Assembly (NCBI GenBank): GCA_907165135.1
Contig: OU015568.1
Span: 16,379,208 to 16,443,207 of the forward strand
Direction of reading: 5' to 3'
Origin: Oikopleura dioica
Lineage: Eukaryota > Animalia > Chordata
Length of the DNA: 64,000 bases
Each line of letters opens with the position of its first letter. Position 1 is the stretch's first letter. The notes under the pieces were generated by a model. That model had not been told where the DNA came from. It saw only the letters and a list, made by a program, of their open reading frames with translations, and ran no database searches. Positions 1-9,509 of this stretch are shown in pieces. The position numbers were made by a program, and so were the translations under genes.

Positions 1-1
1 A

Positions 2-139
2 CATTACGTTTGCGCTGATTGCCATGCACAACTACGATCAATTGACAACGAAGAGATGTCAAATCGATGCCCCTACTGTAAAACTTTCATAAAGTACACT
101 CATCTTCGTCAGATTACAAAACACGAGCGTCGAATCTAA
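2..139 (+). CDS. 3' end of a RING-finger protein (truncated by window start)
   Basis: Reads HYVCADCHAQLRSIDNEEMSNRCPYCKTFIKYTHLRQITKHERRI*. H-x2-C-x2-C...C-P-x-C is the second half of a RING. Confidence 0.65.
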   Translation, partial: HYVCADCHAQLRSIDNEEMSNRCPYCKTFIKYTHLRQITKHERRI

Positions 140-656
140 CATCAGTTTCTACCACAACTCTTTTGCTTTCGTCAACATCATTCCATACAAAATTTTATCA
201 AGAATGCTTATCTGTCATGAAATAAAAAAACAAAAATCAAGGTTTTCGACTTGTCAAAATATATTATGTTTCAAACATGTAAGTCAGTGTAAGAATGTAA
301 ATCAGTGTGTAGCAGGAGAAGAAAAAGCAAAAGATGAGATGTCAATATCGTGCTTGTCCATGATTTATTTGTAGGCGCGCAGGTTGTCGACGATTTCTTC
401 TAACTAAAAGAAATTCTTTTATATTGAGTGACCATGTCTTCAATTTACCTTGACGATTCTGCGGGGCGTTCGCGATAAGAGGAGCTTCTCGTAGTGGGAT
501 AGGAGCTTCGCGTAGTGGGATAGGGCCGACGTGGGCTTGTTGATTTTCCAATGGAGGATTTACATGTTCAGGTGCAACAATGTGTGGCTGATTTTCGATG
601 ACTGGATTCTCCGGATTGTGACCACGAGCGATGTTGAGTTGTTGATTGATTCTTTC

Positions 657-905
657 TTAATTTTCCAAATTAGCCTTGTTTTCGCCATGATTTTGAAACT
701 TACGCTGAATGTAGGCGACGAACACAATGTAGACGATCAGGGTTATGAAAAGCGCAATGGCGTCATTGAAGGCTTGTTTTTTCGGTTCGATGGTTGGCTC
801 TGGAGTTATTGGTTCGATGGTTGGCTCTGGAGTTATTGGTTCGACAACTGAACCATTATTCGGGCCAAGAGGTATATGGATCATACTGAATATTCTTTTT
901 CTCAA
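657..905 (-). CDS. Small single-pass membrane protein with a (EPITPEPTI)x2 repeat
   Basis: 82-aa ORF with hydrophobic AIALFITLIVYIVFVAYI followed by basic QRK; 27-bp tandem duplication near 785-845. Confidence 0.5.
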   Translation of the reverse strand: MRKRIFSMIHIPLGPNNGSVVEPITPEPTIEPITPEPTIEPKKQAFNDAIALFITLIVYIVFVAYIQRKFQNHGENKANLEN

Positions 906-1066
906 TTCTAAGTCAAAATTTCTAACAAATTATTGTTTTATCAGTATGTTCGTCAGACTCGATATTTGCTGTTTTCAGTGAGGGAAAGAGCTTCAAATTT
1001 CTTCAGGAAGGGGGCCGCTGATGAGTACTAAAATAATCATTTATAAGGGTCTCAAAGAAGCCAAAA

Positions 1067-1421
1067 CTAACGTGTTGATTTCGGAGCTTTTTTCGTTTTT
1101 CTTTTCTTTGTGACGGTGGAGAGGACAACAATCGTCAGGATCATGTTGAGAAAGACAACAGCGAGAAGGCAGTAAAGAATGAGGGTGTATCGCTCGTCTT
1201 CGATGAGAGTTAATGATTGTTGAGTAAAAACTTCTTATTACCGTTGTTGTTCTCAGAGAGTTGAAGATGCGGTTCTTCTACAGCTGGTTCTTTCGCAGCG
1301 TCTTACGAAGGTTTCAAGAAAAAAAATTGTCCTTGTATGTACCTTTTCTAGCACAGAGCTCTGTGAGGTAATCTGATGAGATGTAATCATATCGGTAGTT
1401 GTCGTAAGAGGAGTCTTCCAT
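1067..1421 (-). CDS. Spliced ~89-aa membrane microprotein with basic tail
   Basis: Two GT-AG introns of about 40-45 nt give MEDSSYDNYRYDYISSDYLTELCARKDAAKEPAVEEPHLQLSENNNDERYTLILYCLLAVVFLNMILTIVVLSTVTKKRKTKKAPKSTR*. Confidence 0.6.
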
Positions 1422-1506
1422 TGCGAATCAGTCTAATAGAGAAAAAACGAAATATTTAGACACTCAAATTCTTTCTATTCAGTTAAAATAACGCGTTCTT
1501 TCTCTT

Positions 1507-2067
1507 TCATGTCCAATTCCAGCAAGGTCGATCGTCTTCTGTAGTCAAATCGTCATCTGTTCTTTGATCACGCTCGTTGTTCTCGGTCATTTCAACTAGA
1601 TAGTTGTAAACATCTTGATAGAAAATAAAACTACAAACTCACCATTTTGCTCATAGAGCAATCGATTCGCCAAGCTCACTCGTAAATCGAATACGTAGTT
1701 CTCCCATCGTCGTCTTATTGTAAGCGCAAATGCTCGAATGCGTACCGCTTTTTTTCTGATGAGAAATCCAAGCAGTACAAGGAAAATGATGACTCCTAAA
1801 TAACTTTCACTATTGCTAGCCTTTGTCTTTGAAAAAACCTGTAATGCCCGCTGAAACTGCGATAATCTGCTGTCTACTCCAATTGCTGAACATCGATGCG
1901 ATTTCGGTGTCCACATTCGTTGTCTGCTGTGCAGGGTCAGAGGTCGGGTTGGTCATTTTGTCACCGCTTCTTGTCGACACAATCGTTGAATCCACCACAG
2001 TGCTTGAGTTTGGCTTGTTTGTTTTGTCGCCAAAGTTGATCACTGGGTGGAGGTTGAGAGGAAACAT
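1507..2067 (-). CDS. Probable Ser/Thr-rich single-pass membrane protein (internal junction unresolved)
   Basis: S/T-rich ORF 1816-2067, then TM segment YLGVIIFLVLLGFLIRKK in an overlapping frame. A gtgagt...aag intron leads to an acidic last exon ending CWNWT*. Confidence 0.4.
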
Positions 2068-2448
2068 ATCTTAATGAATTTCGAATCAAAGAATGCTATT
2101 GAAATAAATTGGAAGAAAATTAAGCTAATTATCGAAATTCAGTGTCAGAGAGAAGCATCGGTAGAACAGTTGGTGGAATAATAGCTAAAAAAGGATGAGT
2201 TTTGGCGTTGTCAAATGAGGCATAAACCTTTGTAAGATCGTTCAATTCTTTATAATTTTTTGTGACTGTGTGTTGGTTGACCGGTTAGAATCGTTTGTTA
2301 CGGAAGATTCGTCTCTATAAACTTGTTCAGCCTGAACATACTTCGTCTTTTCTTACTCTGATATTTGCTCTGTAATGATTGAATTTTCGAAACATAATAA
2401 AAGAATCTAAATATATAAAATATTCAGATAAGCCAATTCAATAAATCT

Positions 2449-2640
2449 TTACAATGATTGAAAAATCAAAAACAAAACAGATAGCAAGCATATGATACAA
2501 AGAAGGATTCGGTCTTCTGTCTGGAGCTCGTGAATTTCTTCTTCAGTAGGCAAAACTAAATATTTTGAAATATCTCTTTGTAAAATCTCTTGTTAACCTT
2601 TGTTTGGAATATTCAGCTTTTTGATCCTCTCGAAAGACAT
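2449..2640 (-). CDS. 49-aa tail-anchored microprotein
   Basis: One ~42-nt GT-AG intron gives MSFERIKKLNIPNKVLPTEEEIHELQTEDRILLCIICLLSVLFLIFQSL*. Confidence 0.5.
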
Positions 2641-2937
2641 CGTTTTTTCGTTATGAAGAAGCGAAACCAGGAATCACAGCCATCAATCTGATGGTTCGAT
2701 CAGACCACCCACGCTAAAATGGGTTGAGCGGGAGTGCTTAAAATTCGCGCGCCCTGCAGCTCTTGAACTCCATTCGCCTAAATCAGCCCACACACTCTTG
2801 ATGGCAAATTACCTAAAGGCGCGCGTCCTTGCACAAGGTCGTTAGATCAGATTTGAAAAAAAAGCAAGAAAAGCTATTTTCTCTTGAGAATCGCCACTGA
2901 TAAGAAGCAAAGAATTTTCCCAGACATTCCAAAAAGA

Positions 2938-3252
2938 TGAGCAAAATATCAAAGCGAAAACCGCTGACTGCCATTGAAGAACACCTGACGAAGCACTCCA
3001 TCAAGATGATGACTCGTCTCGAGCTTCTGAAGCTCTATGACACACTCAGCATTTGCTACGGTAAATAGTTGCTAAAGTTCTTTTTTAACTCATTGATTAA
3101 GGCAAAGTCGGCGGAACCTTGGATGCTCCCATCTGGGTAGACTTTGAGCAAATTTTGGCGCTCAAACAACTCATTTCTGGTAATTTATCCCAATATAGAT
3201 CGAATCTGACTTAGATTTTAGAGCGCCTAGATGAACTCATGGACACAAACTA
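2938..3252 (+). CDS. Small three-exon orphan protein
   Basis: Two ~41-nt GT-AG introns keep frame: MSKISKRKPLTAIEEHLTKHSIKMMTRLELLKLYDTLSICYGKVGGTLDAPIWVDFEQILALKQLISERLDELMDTN*. Confidence 0.55.
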
Positions 3253-3755
3253 GAAGAGTCGAACTTCGCGAGTCAAATCATCCGCCTTCTCTTTCAAGGA
3301 AACTTCAGGTTTCTCAAAAGTAACTTGTAAATACCCGCCACAGTCATGATAACCTTCTTCTTCTTTCAAATCGAGTAATAATTTCACCAATAGCCTTACA
3401 CGGAAAAAAATTAACTCAGTTTCAAAAACAAATAATCAAAACTCTCTCAATATTATTGTATATTATATTTTCTTCAAAATACCTTGTTATCCTTTCGTTT
3501 TCTACGGAAACTTTTCGATCAAATCTTTGCTTATTTCCCAGTTCATTTGGTAATTTTTTGATAGATAAACTATGCGTTTTCCACTGATACCTTACGTCTT
3601 TCTGTATATTTATACCGCCTTTTTTCCACGCGTTCATTTAACATATCGCTCTCCAAAACATTGCCTGCGTAAATCATCAAACGAATTATTTATATCGGAT
3701 CCTGCCTTTTCAAGAATTTTCAATAAAATCACAATATCAATTTTTCGTTGTTTAT

Positions 3756-3998
3756 TCAAACCCAGGAGGCATTAGGTGCAGGAAAAGGTTCAGAAATAAC
3801 AAGGGAGTTGTTTCGTCTATCTTCGACCGGTTTTCTTTTTCGAGTCTTCATTCGGCAAATATAAATGACGAAGTAGAAGTAATAGACAATGCATAAAGCA
3901 AGTCCACCACCGACAAACTGGGCGAGTCTGTTTTGACCGGAAAGTAACTCATCTTTCATATCGCAGAGAATGTCAAAAAAAGGAAATTCGTCAGACAT
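3756..3998 (-). CDS. Small single-pass membrane protein with basic juxtamembrane motif
   Basis: MSDEFPFF...GGGLALCIVYYFYFVIYICRMKTRKRK. Confidence 0.5.
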   Translation of the reverse strand: MSDEFPFFDILCDMKDELLSGQNRLAQFVGGGLALCIVYYFYFVIYICRMKTRKRKPVEDRRNNSLVISEPFPAPNASWV

Positions 3999-4224
3999 TG
4001 GGACTGATCGGTTCATTTTTCTCGAATGAAAATAAGGTGCAAATGCTTGCTAAAATAAGATATACCAATGCTCTTTTCAGTGCCTAAATATCAAAGTGAT
4101 GAAGCTTATAACAAAGTTGGAACAAGTTCAAAGTTTCGCACCGCATCCGTTTATTGAAACAAATAAACAGTTTATAAGATCAAGATTTTTTTCACCACAA
4201 GAAAAGAAAATATCAAAGGAGTAT

Positions 4225-5900
4225 TTAGGGAGAGAGCGCGGCTGGAGGATCTTCGTAAGTGACACCCAAGATTTCGTAAAGGTCTTCTATTTCTCTGTCG
4301 AAGAGCAGCTCGGCTTCTTCTGGGGAGAGGTACTGGCCTCGGATTCCGTTGTATCCATCATCGTAGGAGACCACCGAGTTATCAGACGGTTCGTCATCAG
4401 ACTCGCTAAGAAGATATGGGGTGAGTCTTGCGTGTATGATGGTATCCGATCTTGCGGGAGAAGTAATACCTTCATACTCGGAAACGATTTGTCGCATTTC
4501 TTCTCTTTCGAATTCCTCATTATTTCGAATAGCGAGTTCTTCAAATTCCGAGTCATTTTCGAAATCGTCAATTGTTAGGTCGATAACTAATCAGCTTTAA
4601 GTTTATGATAAAGATAGAGAATTTACTTTCCGGAGGGCCGTCCACCCGCATTTCTTCTTGCTGAGGAGAATCAACTGTCAAATCGATGATGGCTTATTTA
4701 ATCTATCAGACGATTGAAATTTATAATTTACTCACAATTATCGGTAGCTTCAGAATCTTTGTTAAAATCGATGACACTTGTAACGATTTCCATAGCTTCA
4801 GATTTTTGAGAAGCTCGACCTTTTTCAGGGGATGATTTGGAAGAAGAGATTGGACTGACTCTGTCTTTAAGGTCAATCATTGGCGATCGAAGCTGCCATT
4901 TCTGGCTTTGAGGGTATTCATGACTAGGTCCCGCAGCATTGGGAGAAATTGGTCGAAAGCCAGACTGACTATCTTCCAAAGAGTCGAAAATATCTTGCGT
5001 CTCGGATTCGACATGCGACATAGATCCAGCAGAATTATGACGCTTTGCAGGCTGTTCATCTGAAGAGAATTCCAGTTTTCTCTTGCAACCTGAAAAAAGA
5101 ATCAAAAATGAGTTTTATAAAAGTTTGTACCGTAGTTAGCTTGTCTTTCTCGTGAATTTGACGGTTTGACTGGCGTCGGTCGAGACCGAACGTTACCTCG
5201 AGTTTGTGGTGGTGTTGATGGAGTGTATGTTTCGTCATCACTGTCATCATAGTCGGACTCGGATGAATCAGATTCATCCACTGATATTTCGTCGTCTGAT
5301 CCACTAAGGATTTGTTCAAAAATTGCTGCTGCCTCAAAATCCTTGTCTATTCCATCGGCAAGTCCTCCTTAAATGGATTGATAAAAAATGTTTGTTAAGG
5401 AAAAAACTCACTGATTGCTCGGAGCCCTGCCTCTCTATCTGTCTCTAGTCTCAAAAGCTCATCGATTCGAATAGCAAGCTTTCGCGTTTTATTATGAAAT
5501 TGGAGCATCTGTGTGTTGAATTGGTGAATAACATCGTAAAGGTTGAGTGTGTTTCTATCTGTAGACATGTTCTAACTCTGTTACTCGGTAGCTTCACCCA
5601 CTCGAAATATATATGGAAAATCAGTGCACAGAACGCATTCGAAGAGGGATTTCCGTTTTCTATGCATAAGCCTGTTGCCAGATTAATAGACTCAAAAAAC
5701 ATCAACGGTCTTATCGCTAAGTATATTGACGGAATTAATTGGTGTTTGTGATCTTTCCGCTTCCATAATTCTAGCCTGCGCTCAACCTTAAAGCCGCCTA
5801 TTAACCGCGAAATATTTGAATAATAATCAATGCTAAATGGAAAAATACACTGCAAAACATTTTCAAAATTGCAACCTGCGTGGTTTAGTTGAGGCTGCAT
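4225..5900 (-). CDS. Multi-exon orphan: Cys/aromatic-rich N-terminal part plus long Asp/Ser-rich disordered region
   Basis: ORF segments 5451-5900, ~5130-5370 (DEISVDESDSSESDYDDSDDE), 4728-5105 and 4225-4497 are separated by short AG-ending introns. Not all junctions are resolved. Confidence 0.45.
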
Positions 5901-6092
5901 TTATGGTAGCTTTTCTTATTTGCTTAATAAACAACTCAGTACCGACTTAATCAACAAGAAAACTCAATCCACTAAAGCCTGCGTCTCACTTTGGACACTC
6001 GACTTATATTTATAAACCAAATAAAATAAAAATCGTTTTTTTTTTCTTTGTTTTTTTTTTATTGGTGTCAGGTGGAGGGGATTGGCAGTAAT

Positions 6093-7628
6093 TCATTCTT
6101 CTTCCATGTCGGATACGTTGATAGCCAAGGATGCCGTGCTGCTGCGTTTATCCTTGAAAGAGTGTTTAAATAAGAGCAAATTATACTTTGATTACCTCGT
6201 CATCTTGATCGCCTTGAGCATCGCGGATCTGGGCATCGCCGCTGCTTGATGGGACATCGGCGCTGGTAGAGGGGGTGTTGACGTCGGCAGTGTCGAGGTT
6301 GGTAGTGGTAGTCTCCTTCCGCTTGGGCTCGGGCGCACTCGGACTCTTAAACATAAGAATAATTATAGAATGAAATATACTAATCACCTCGCTTCTTCTT
6401 CTTTTCTTCTGGTAGGAATACGTGGAGCCGGCAAACAGATTCATTTGCGACCGCTGCGAGAACTGCTTGATTGCTGCGTCGAGTCTCCTTTTGAACATAG
6501 CGTCTGTCTAAAATAAGAACTTCATTGATTCGCCAAAAGAAAGACGCTCAATAATAAAAAGAAGCGACGGCTACGCTACACTTATTTTTATATCTCAATA
6601 AAGGACTGCATGCAACTGTGCCGTGGAAATATAATGCGAGAAGCCTACCATTTGATAGTGTTCGATGTCTGGGTCGATCTCGGCAGAAAATAAGTTCCAG
6701 TTCGTGTTGTTAAATTCCACATGTTTCTCCGATCTAAAATAGTGTCGGATCGCCACAGCGAAGTGTTGTCGTGCTAGTTGTGAGTCAAGATCGAGGAACT
6801 TGTTGGCATCCTCTGGATTCGTCAACAAAGTGAGACGCGCTGCATGTTCATCCATTGTGTCTGGTGCCATGTAGGCTTCTCGCATTATATCTTCGATTTC
6901 CTTGTGTCCGCGGCACAGTTGCATGCAGTCCTTTATTGTTGAGATATAAAAATAGGTGGAGCGTAGCCGTTGATCCTTTTTATAATTGAGTGCCTTCCGG
7001 GGGAACATTTCTATGCACATTAAGCGTCGCGAGGCTCCCCGACCATTGCATTTAATCAAGAACGCGGGCCAGGTACGACTGTAATACCAGTCTACTGTGC
7101 TAATAGGGGGTAAATTTATGTAAACAGGTACACTTTATATTAAATATATATCCTAACCCCTTTCCTGATTCTTCCGTTCTCTATAATCTCGATGTTAATG
7201 TCCCTCGCCTGCTCTTTCTTACGATACACCTTACTGATGTGTTCCTCCATTAGTTCTTGAACCGGTGTTATCTCGTTGGTCTCGAAATCCAAGGGCCTCG
7301 GTGTCTGTAGAAACCTGTCCAGCGGGCTGAGGGCTTGGCTGGGGTTAGGAGAGAGTTCACCAAAGGTTGGGAGGAGTCCCGGTCGGAGGTGCCACTGTTC
7401 TAGCTTATCCGTAGCCAGATGCTTAGCGGCGGAAATTAGGAGGTAGAGCTTGTTCTTTCCTCTGTCCTCATCTAGATGACCCCCAAGATCATTTACTCGG
7501 ACGATAAATTTGTTGTATTTATCGATGGAGGAAACCTGGGGCAGGTGGAAGAGGTTGCGTACCGTGCATTTTATCACATCTTCATCGTATTCTGTTTCGC
7601 TAAATTGTTCGAATCCTTTCTCCCGCAT
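6093..7628 (-). CDS. Five-exon 414-aa orphan; possible divergent tyrosine recombinase
   Basis: Exons 7628-7165, 7099-6649, 6507-6388, 6345-6196 and 6152-6093 join in frame; the first intron is GA-AG (AG|GAAAG). Motifs AFLIKCNGRGASRR, YFYISTIKD, AVAIRHYF and HY are spaced like R-K-R-Y. The gene model is solid; the family call is only about 0.3. Confidence 0.55.
6546..7000. repeat. Imperfect inverted repeat: intron arm 6546-6648 versus exon arm ~6868-7000
   Basis: Intron GTAGGCTTCTCGCATTATAT...CACGGCACAGTTGCATGCAGTCCTTTA...TTGAGATATAAAAATA is complementary to the exon, with 3-nt and 15-nt exon-side bulges. Confidence 0.9.
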
Positions 7629-7736
7629 GGCCGCCAAAAATGATACGAGTTCTTTTCTTCCAAGGTTTCCTTTTTCTTTCCGTAGACTGCACTCAGTGAT
7701 CGTATGGCAGCCTCAAGAAAAACATGTTAGCGGCTT

Positions 7737-7856
7737 TGTGTAAGTGTGTGATGAGTAACTGTGTGTAAGTGTGTGATGAGTAACTGTGTGTAAGTGTGTG
7801 ATGAGTAACTGTGTGTAAGAGTGTGATGAGTAACTGTGTAAAATGTGTGATGAGTG
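7737..7856 (+). repeat. 25-bp tandem repeat (TGTGTAAGTGTGTGATGAGTAACTG), 4 copies plus a partial one
   Basis: Directly visible; no spacers between units. Confidence 0.9.
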
Positions 7857-8260
7857 TCTGTGTCTGTGTGTGAGAGTGTGGTGTGAGTGTGAGTGTGGTG
7901 TGAGTGTGGTGTGTGTGTGTGTGTGTGGGTGGTGTGTGTGTGTGGGTGGTGTGTGTGTGTGTGTGTGTGTGGGTGGTGGTGGTGGATGGTGAGACAGCGC
8001 CAAAATAGGTCGACATGGAAGGAACTCAACTGAGTTTACGCAAGGTTTGCCCATACGGGTCACACATGCAACCCCATGCCATTTTATTCTAGCGCTGTCT
8101 CACCACCACCACGTGTGTGTGTGAGAGTGTGTTGTGAGTGTGGTGTGTGTGGGTGGTGTCTGTGTGTGTGTGTGTGTGTGTGGGTGGTGTGTGGGTGGTG
8201 TGTGGGTGGTGTGTGGGTGGTGTGTGTGGGTGGTGTGTGTGTGTGTGTGGTGGTGGTGGT
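7857..8260 (+). repeat. Irregular TG/GGT-rich tracts flanking the structured modules
   Basis: (GT)n, GGGT and GGT repeats at 7857-7980 and 8111-8260. Confidence 0.9.
7981..8110 (-). ncRNA. Structured motif copy 1: long closing stem plus branched ~70-nt core
   Basis: GGUGGUGAGACAGCGCUAGAAUA pairs with UAUUUUGGCGCUGUCUCACC. The core is closed by GGCAUGG/CCAUGUC. G-U wobbles form only on the minus strand. Confidence 0.55.
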
Positions 8261-8424
8261 GGTAGAGAGGTGTGAGGAATGTTGCACCAGAATAGGTTGA
8301 CATGGAAGGAACTCTTCAGAGTTTACACAAGGTTTGCCCATACGGGTCACACATGCAACCCCCATGCCATTTAATTCTGGTGCTTTTATCCTCACCCTTC
8401 CCTACTACCACCACCACCACCACC
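8247..8424 (-). ncRNA. Structured motif copy 2
   Basis: Core is near-identical to copy 1 (287 bp apart). The closing stem has a different sequence but still pairs (GCACCAGAAU/AUUCUGGUGC; GUGAGGA/UCCUCAC). Confidence 0.55.
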
Positions 8425-8585
8425 AATAAAAGTCAGTCTCTCACCTCTATCCCTTCCAGTCCGGATGTACCCTCTTCCACCTGCCCCAGTGGCTGCCCCT
8501 CCTCCACCGCCGAATCCTCCTCGTCGAGCTCAAAGGTGTGGACCTTAACTAGTTGAAGAGTCTGTACTAGAGTTCGCTGTTTTAC

Positions 8586-8825
8586 CTTGGTTCGCCTTCT
8601 TGGCCTCGAGCTTTCGGACGTAGAACTCGAGTTCTTTGCCTTCGAGGATGTAGCCGTCGCATCGGCCGCACTGTCCAGGTCGGGAGGAGACTCGGGCGAG
8701 GAGTCGACCTGAATGCGTTTTATAACGGCGCTAGAATTCGGTGTCTTACCTTGTCCGAATTGCTCGGAGAGGTTGGGGTTAACTTCAGCCTGCTTCTGTC
8801 GCTCGGTGAATTTGACCTGATTGCT
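8586..8825 (-). pseudogene. RPS8: C-terminal fragment of 40S ribosomal protein S8 (eS8) with a 41-nt intron
   Basis: SNQVKFTERQKQAEVNPNLSEQFGQG|[37 protein letters not shown] matches the conserved eS8 C-terminus ([22 protein letters not shown]). No N-terminal exons are found upstream. Confidence 0.85.
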
Positions 8826-9025
8826 CTAGGAGAGCCCTCCTCCGAAGCCGACAGTTCCTCCATTCTTTTTTAGTTTTAATAGAACTGACTCTAGTATAAT
8901 AATATCTAGCTCAAATATAACAGACAGCGGAAGTATAAGAAACAGAAGATCATTTGGAAAACTCTTTCATTGTGAGTAGCAAAAAGTAGAAATCGCTCCA
9001 ACAAAGACGATGATATTATACATTG

Positions 9026-9224
9026 TCACTCTTCTTTCGCGGCGTAAGAGCGGATAAACGAGCAATAACCCTCGATTGCGAATTCTCGCAGACTAGATAT
9101 CGTTAGTTGAAACATATTCATTTGCGAGAGTTCTTACCTGTCATTTTGCGAAATATACTCCTCGATTTCGTTCTGGAAAGCGGCTGCTTCTTCACGCATT
9201 TGTTGCTCTGAGTTCTTTTTGTTT
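9026..9224 (-). pseudogene. Two-exon fragment resembling the C-terminal extension (DUF4217) of DDX31/DBP7-type DEAD-box helicases
   Basis: MREEAAAFQNEIEEYISQNDSLREFAIEGYCSFIRSYAAKEE*; SFIRxYA-type motif. No helicase core nearby. Confidence 0.45.
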
Positions 9225-9245
9225 CTGAAAACGACATTCAAAATA

Positions 9246-9402
9246 ATCTCTCTCTCTCTCTCTCTCTTTCAGACCTCTCTATAAAAATAACTCAAAAAGC
9301 GAAATCTAGATTTTCAATTTCTCTCAATTTCAAAAAACGAAAAATAAGCGAATCTCGAGTCGGCTTTTATAGAGAGGTCTGAAAGAGGGAGAGAGAGAGA
9401 GA
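9246..9402. repeat. Inverted repeat, ~38-bp arms with ~80-bp spacer
   Basis: (TC)n-TTTCAGACCTCTCTATAAAA ... TTTTATAGAGAGGTCTGAAAGAGG-(GA)n. Confidence 0.85.
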
Positions 9403-9509
9403 AAACTCAGATTGAGAACCGATTTCTCGAGAAAAATTTTGACTAGCTGGGATTTGACTGGGTTTTCTAAGGCTCAGTCAAGATTTTTCACCAGAATATA
9501 GCGGACTTA

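Noticed and set aside
7737-7856. CRISPR-like array or SL-RNA relation for the 25-mer
   Set aside because: There are no spacers and no cas genes, and the context is eukaryotic. The ACTCATC match to the recalled Oikopleura SL 5' end is only 7 nt.
8012-8080. Hammerhead ribozyme (UGUGUGA-stem-CAAAC)
   Set aside because: The core deviates from CUGANGA/GAAA and there is no stem III or NUH site.
7857-8260. True telomere
   Set aside because: The tracts are internal, irregular and not TTAGGG.
7693-8395. His/Thr- and Val/Cys-rich ORFs over the TG/CA tracts
   Set aside because: These are translations of dinucleotide repeats that are open in several frames.
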